Assembly: GCA_963705505.1 (NCBI GenBank)
Contig: CAVPJU010000006.1
Span: forward strand, 32,001-96,000
Reading direction: 5' to 3'
Source: an uncultured bacterium
Lineage (GTDB): Bacteria > Desulfobacterota_D > UBA1144 > Nemesobacterales > UBA2774
DNA length: 64,000 bases
In this document: in pieces, positions 63,031 to 64,000 of the stretch
How the letters are laid out: each line of letters begins with the position of its first letter
Numbering within the stretch: position 1 is the first letter of the stretch
Program-made: the position numbers and the translations under genes
The notes under the pieces: generated by a model
Told to the model about the DNA's origin: nothing
Databases searched by the model: none
The model's input: only the letters and a program-made list of their open reading frames with translations

Positions 63031-63782
63031 CCGGCTTTCTCCTTATGTGAATTGAGGTTGCTAATAAACCCTTTGGCCGCATCAAGGAGCTCCACCGGGT
63101 CATCAACTATACGAAGGAGCGCCGATGGCGGAAGCGCGTGAACACCCTCTCTCGTGAAATCGGTCGTGACGGCGATACAGTTCATGTCCGCACCAAGCGC
63201 CGCCTTCACCCCCGAAGCCGAATCTTCGATAACCAGGCTATCGTGATGGGTGACTTTCAGCTCATTCGCAAGCAGTACGTATATCTCGGGATCGGGCTTT
63301 CCGTGCTCGACGTCCTGAATCGTGGCGATGAAATCGAACTCGGACCTTATACCGAGAACATCAAGCACGCGGTCAGCTTCCTCTCTGTGAGACATCGTGC
63401 CGAGCCCCGTGGGGTACCTTTCGTCCCGCGCCCATTTGAGAAGCCCAAGATTGTAGGGGCAGAGGTGCTCCTTTAATATTTCCGGGTCGGATATCATTTT
63501 GAAATACGTGTCGAGCCTTATATCGACGTAAGCCTGCCACGGCGTACGCACACGGAATTCCTTCATTCTCGCCCTTGCCGCGCTCTCGAGGTTAAACCTT
63601 TTGAGAAGCCCTTCGGCAACCTCTTTACGGGAGAGCCCGACGTAGTCCTTGAATGCTTCTATTACTTCGTCTTCGGTCAATGATTTATCGAGCTCGACCG
63701 CAGCCCTGGCGTAGGACTTCGCCTTGAGTACCTCCGTCTGCACGAGCGTGCCGTCAAGATCGAATATCAGCGCCTTAATCAC
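63027..63782 (-). CDS. HAD-family phosphatase
   Basis: FDLDGTLV, GKPDPEIY, VIEDS. Confidence 0.9.
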   Translation of the reverse strand: MIKALIFDLDGTLVQTEVLKAKSYARAAVELDKSLTEDEVIEAFKDYVGLSRKEVAEGLLKRFNLESAARARMKEFRVRTPWQAYVDIRLDTYFKMISDPEILKEHLCPYNLGLLKWARDERYPTGLGTMSHREEADRVLDVLGIRSEFDFIATIQDVEHGKPDPEIYVLLANELKVTHHDSLVIEDSASGVKAALGADMNCIAVTTDFTREGVHALPPSALLRIVDDPVELLDAAKGFISNLNSHKEKAG

Positions 63783-63793
63783 TTTTCCTTCTG

Positions 63794-64000
63794 TCAGAGA
63801 ATTTTTGCAAGCCTCTTTATGCCGCTTATCACGTCTTCGCCCAGATGAAACGTTATGACCTTGCGTTTCCCGTCCAGGAGCGCCTGACGGTCGCCGAGGG
63901 CCTCCGCATCTATGAATACTCCGAACGTTATGGACGAGGCCTTCTTGCCGGGCTCATCGGGAATAGGGATGTCCTCAGGCTTATCGGAGGTGAACTGAAT
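63794..64000 (-). CDS. C-terminal fragment of glucose-6-phosphate isomerase or bifunctional Tal/Pgi (partial)
   Basis: Manual translation IQFTSDKPEDIPIPDEPG..ITFGVFIDAEALGDRQALLDGKRKVITFHL..IL*; lies upstream in the pentose phosphate operon. Confidence 0.7.
   Translation of the reverse strand: MQFTSDKPEDIPIPDEPGKKASSITFGVFIDAEALGDRQALLDGKRKVITFHLGEDVISGIKRLAKIL

Overview
Gene-dense bacterial chromosome segment of about 59 CDS, mostly housekeeping genes. The gene content and protein style resemble Desulfobacterota-related lineages such as Ca. Dadabacteria (an impression, not a classification). Main blocks: PilI/PilG-like pair, greA-carB, argS with two SPOR proteins, tolQRA, yebC-ruvCAB, rho, ggt, glnD-nadBCA, trxA, ruvX, arfB, a frameshifted amtB, thiC, tsaD, ispH, aguBA with a deoxyhypusine-synthase-like gene, and an oxidative pentose phosphate operon. 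I saw no rRNA, tRNA, CRISPR array or mobile element. Best leads: (1) a GHMP kinase with the plant galacturonokinase signature GAHIDHQG, translationally coupled to a sugar-1-phosphate nucleotidyltransferase, suggesting bacterial uronic-acid salvage to an NDP-sugar; (2) a Cys-rich MarR repressor and a divergent sigma70 paralogue that share a palindromic operator present in three copies; (3) a secreted glucose/sorbosone dehydrogenase-family protein behind both a perfect FNR-type box and a c-di-GMP-I riboswitch; (4) a broken amtB that keeps an intact sigma54/NtrC-type promoter; (5) aguB-aguA next to a SpeY-like gene with a structured leader. All homology calls come from motif recognition by eye; no searches were run.
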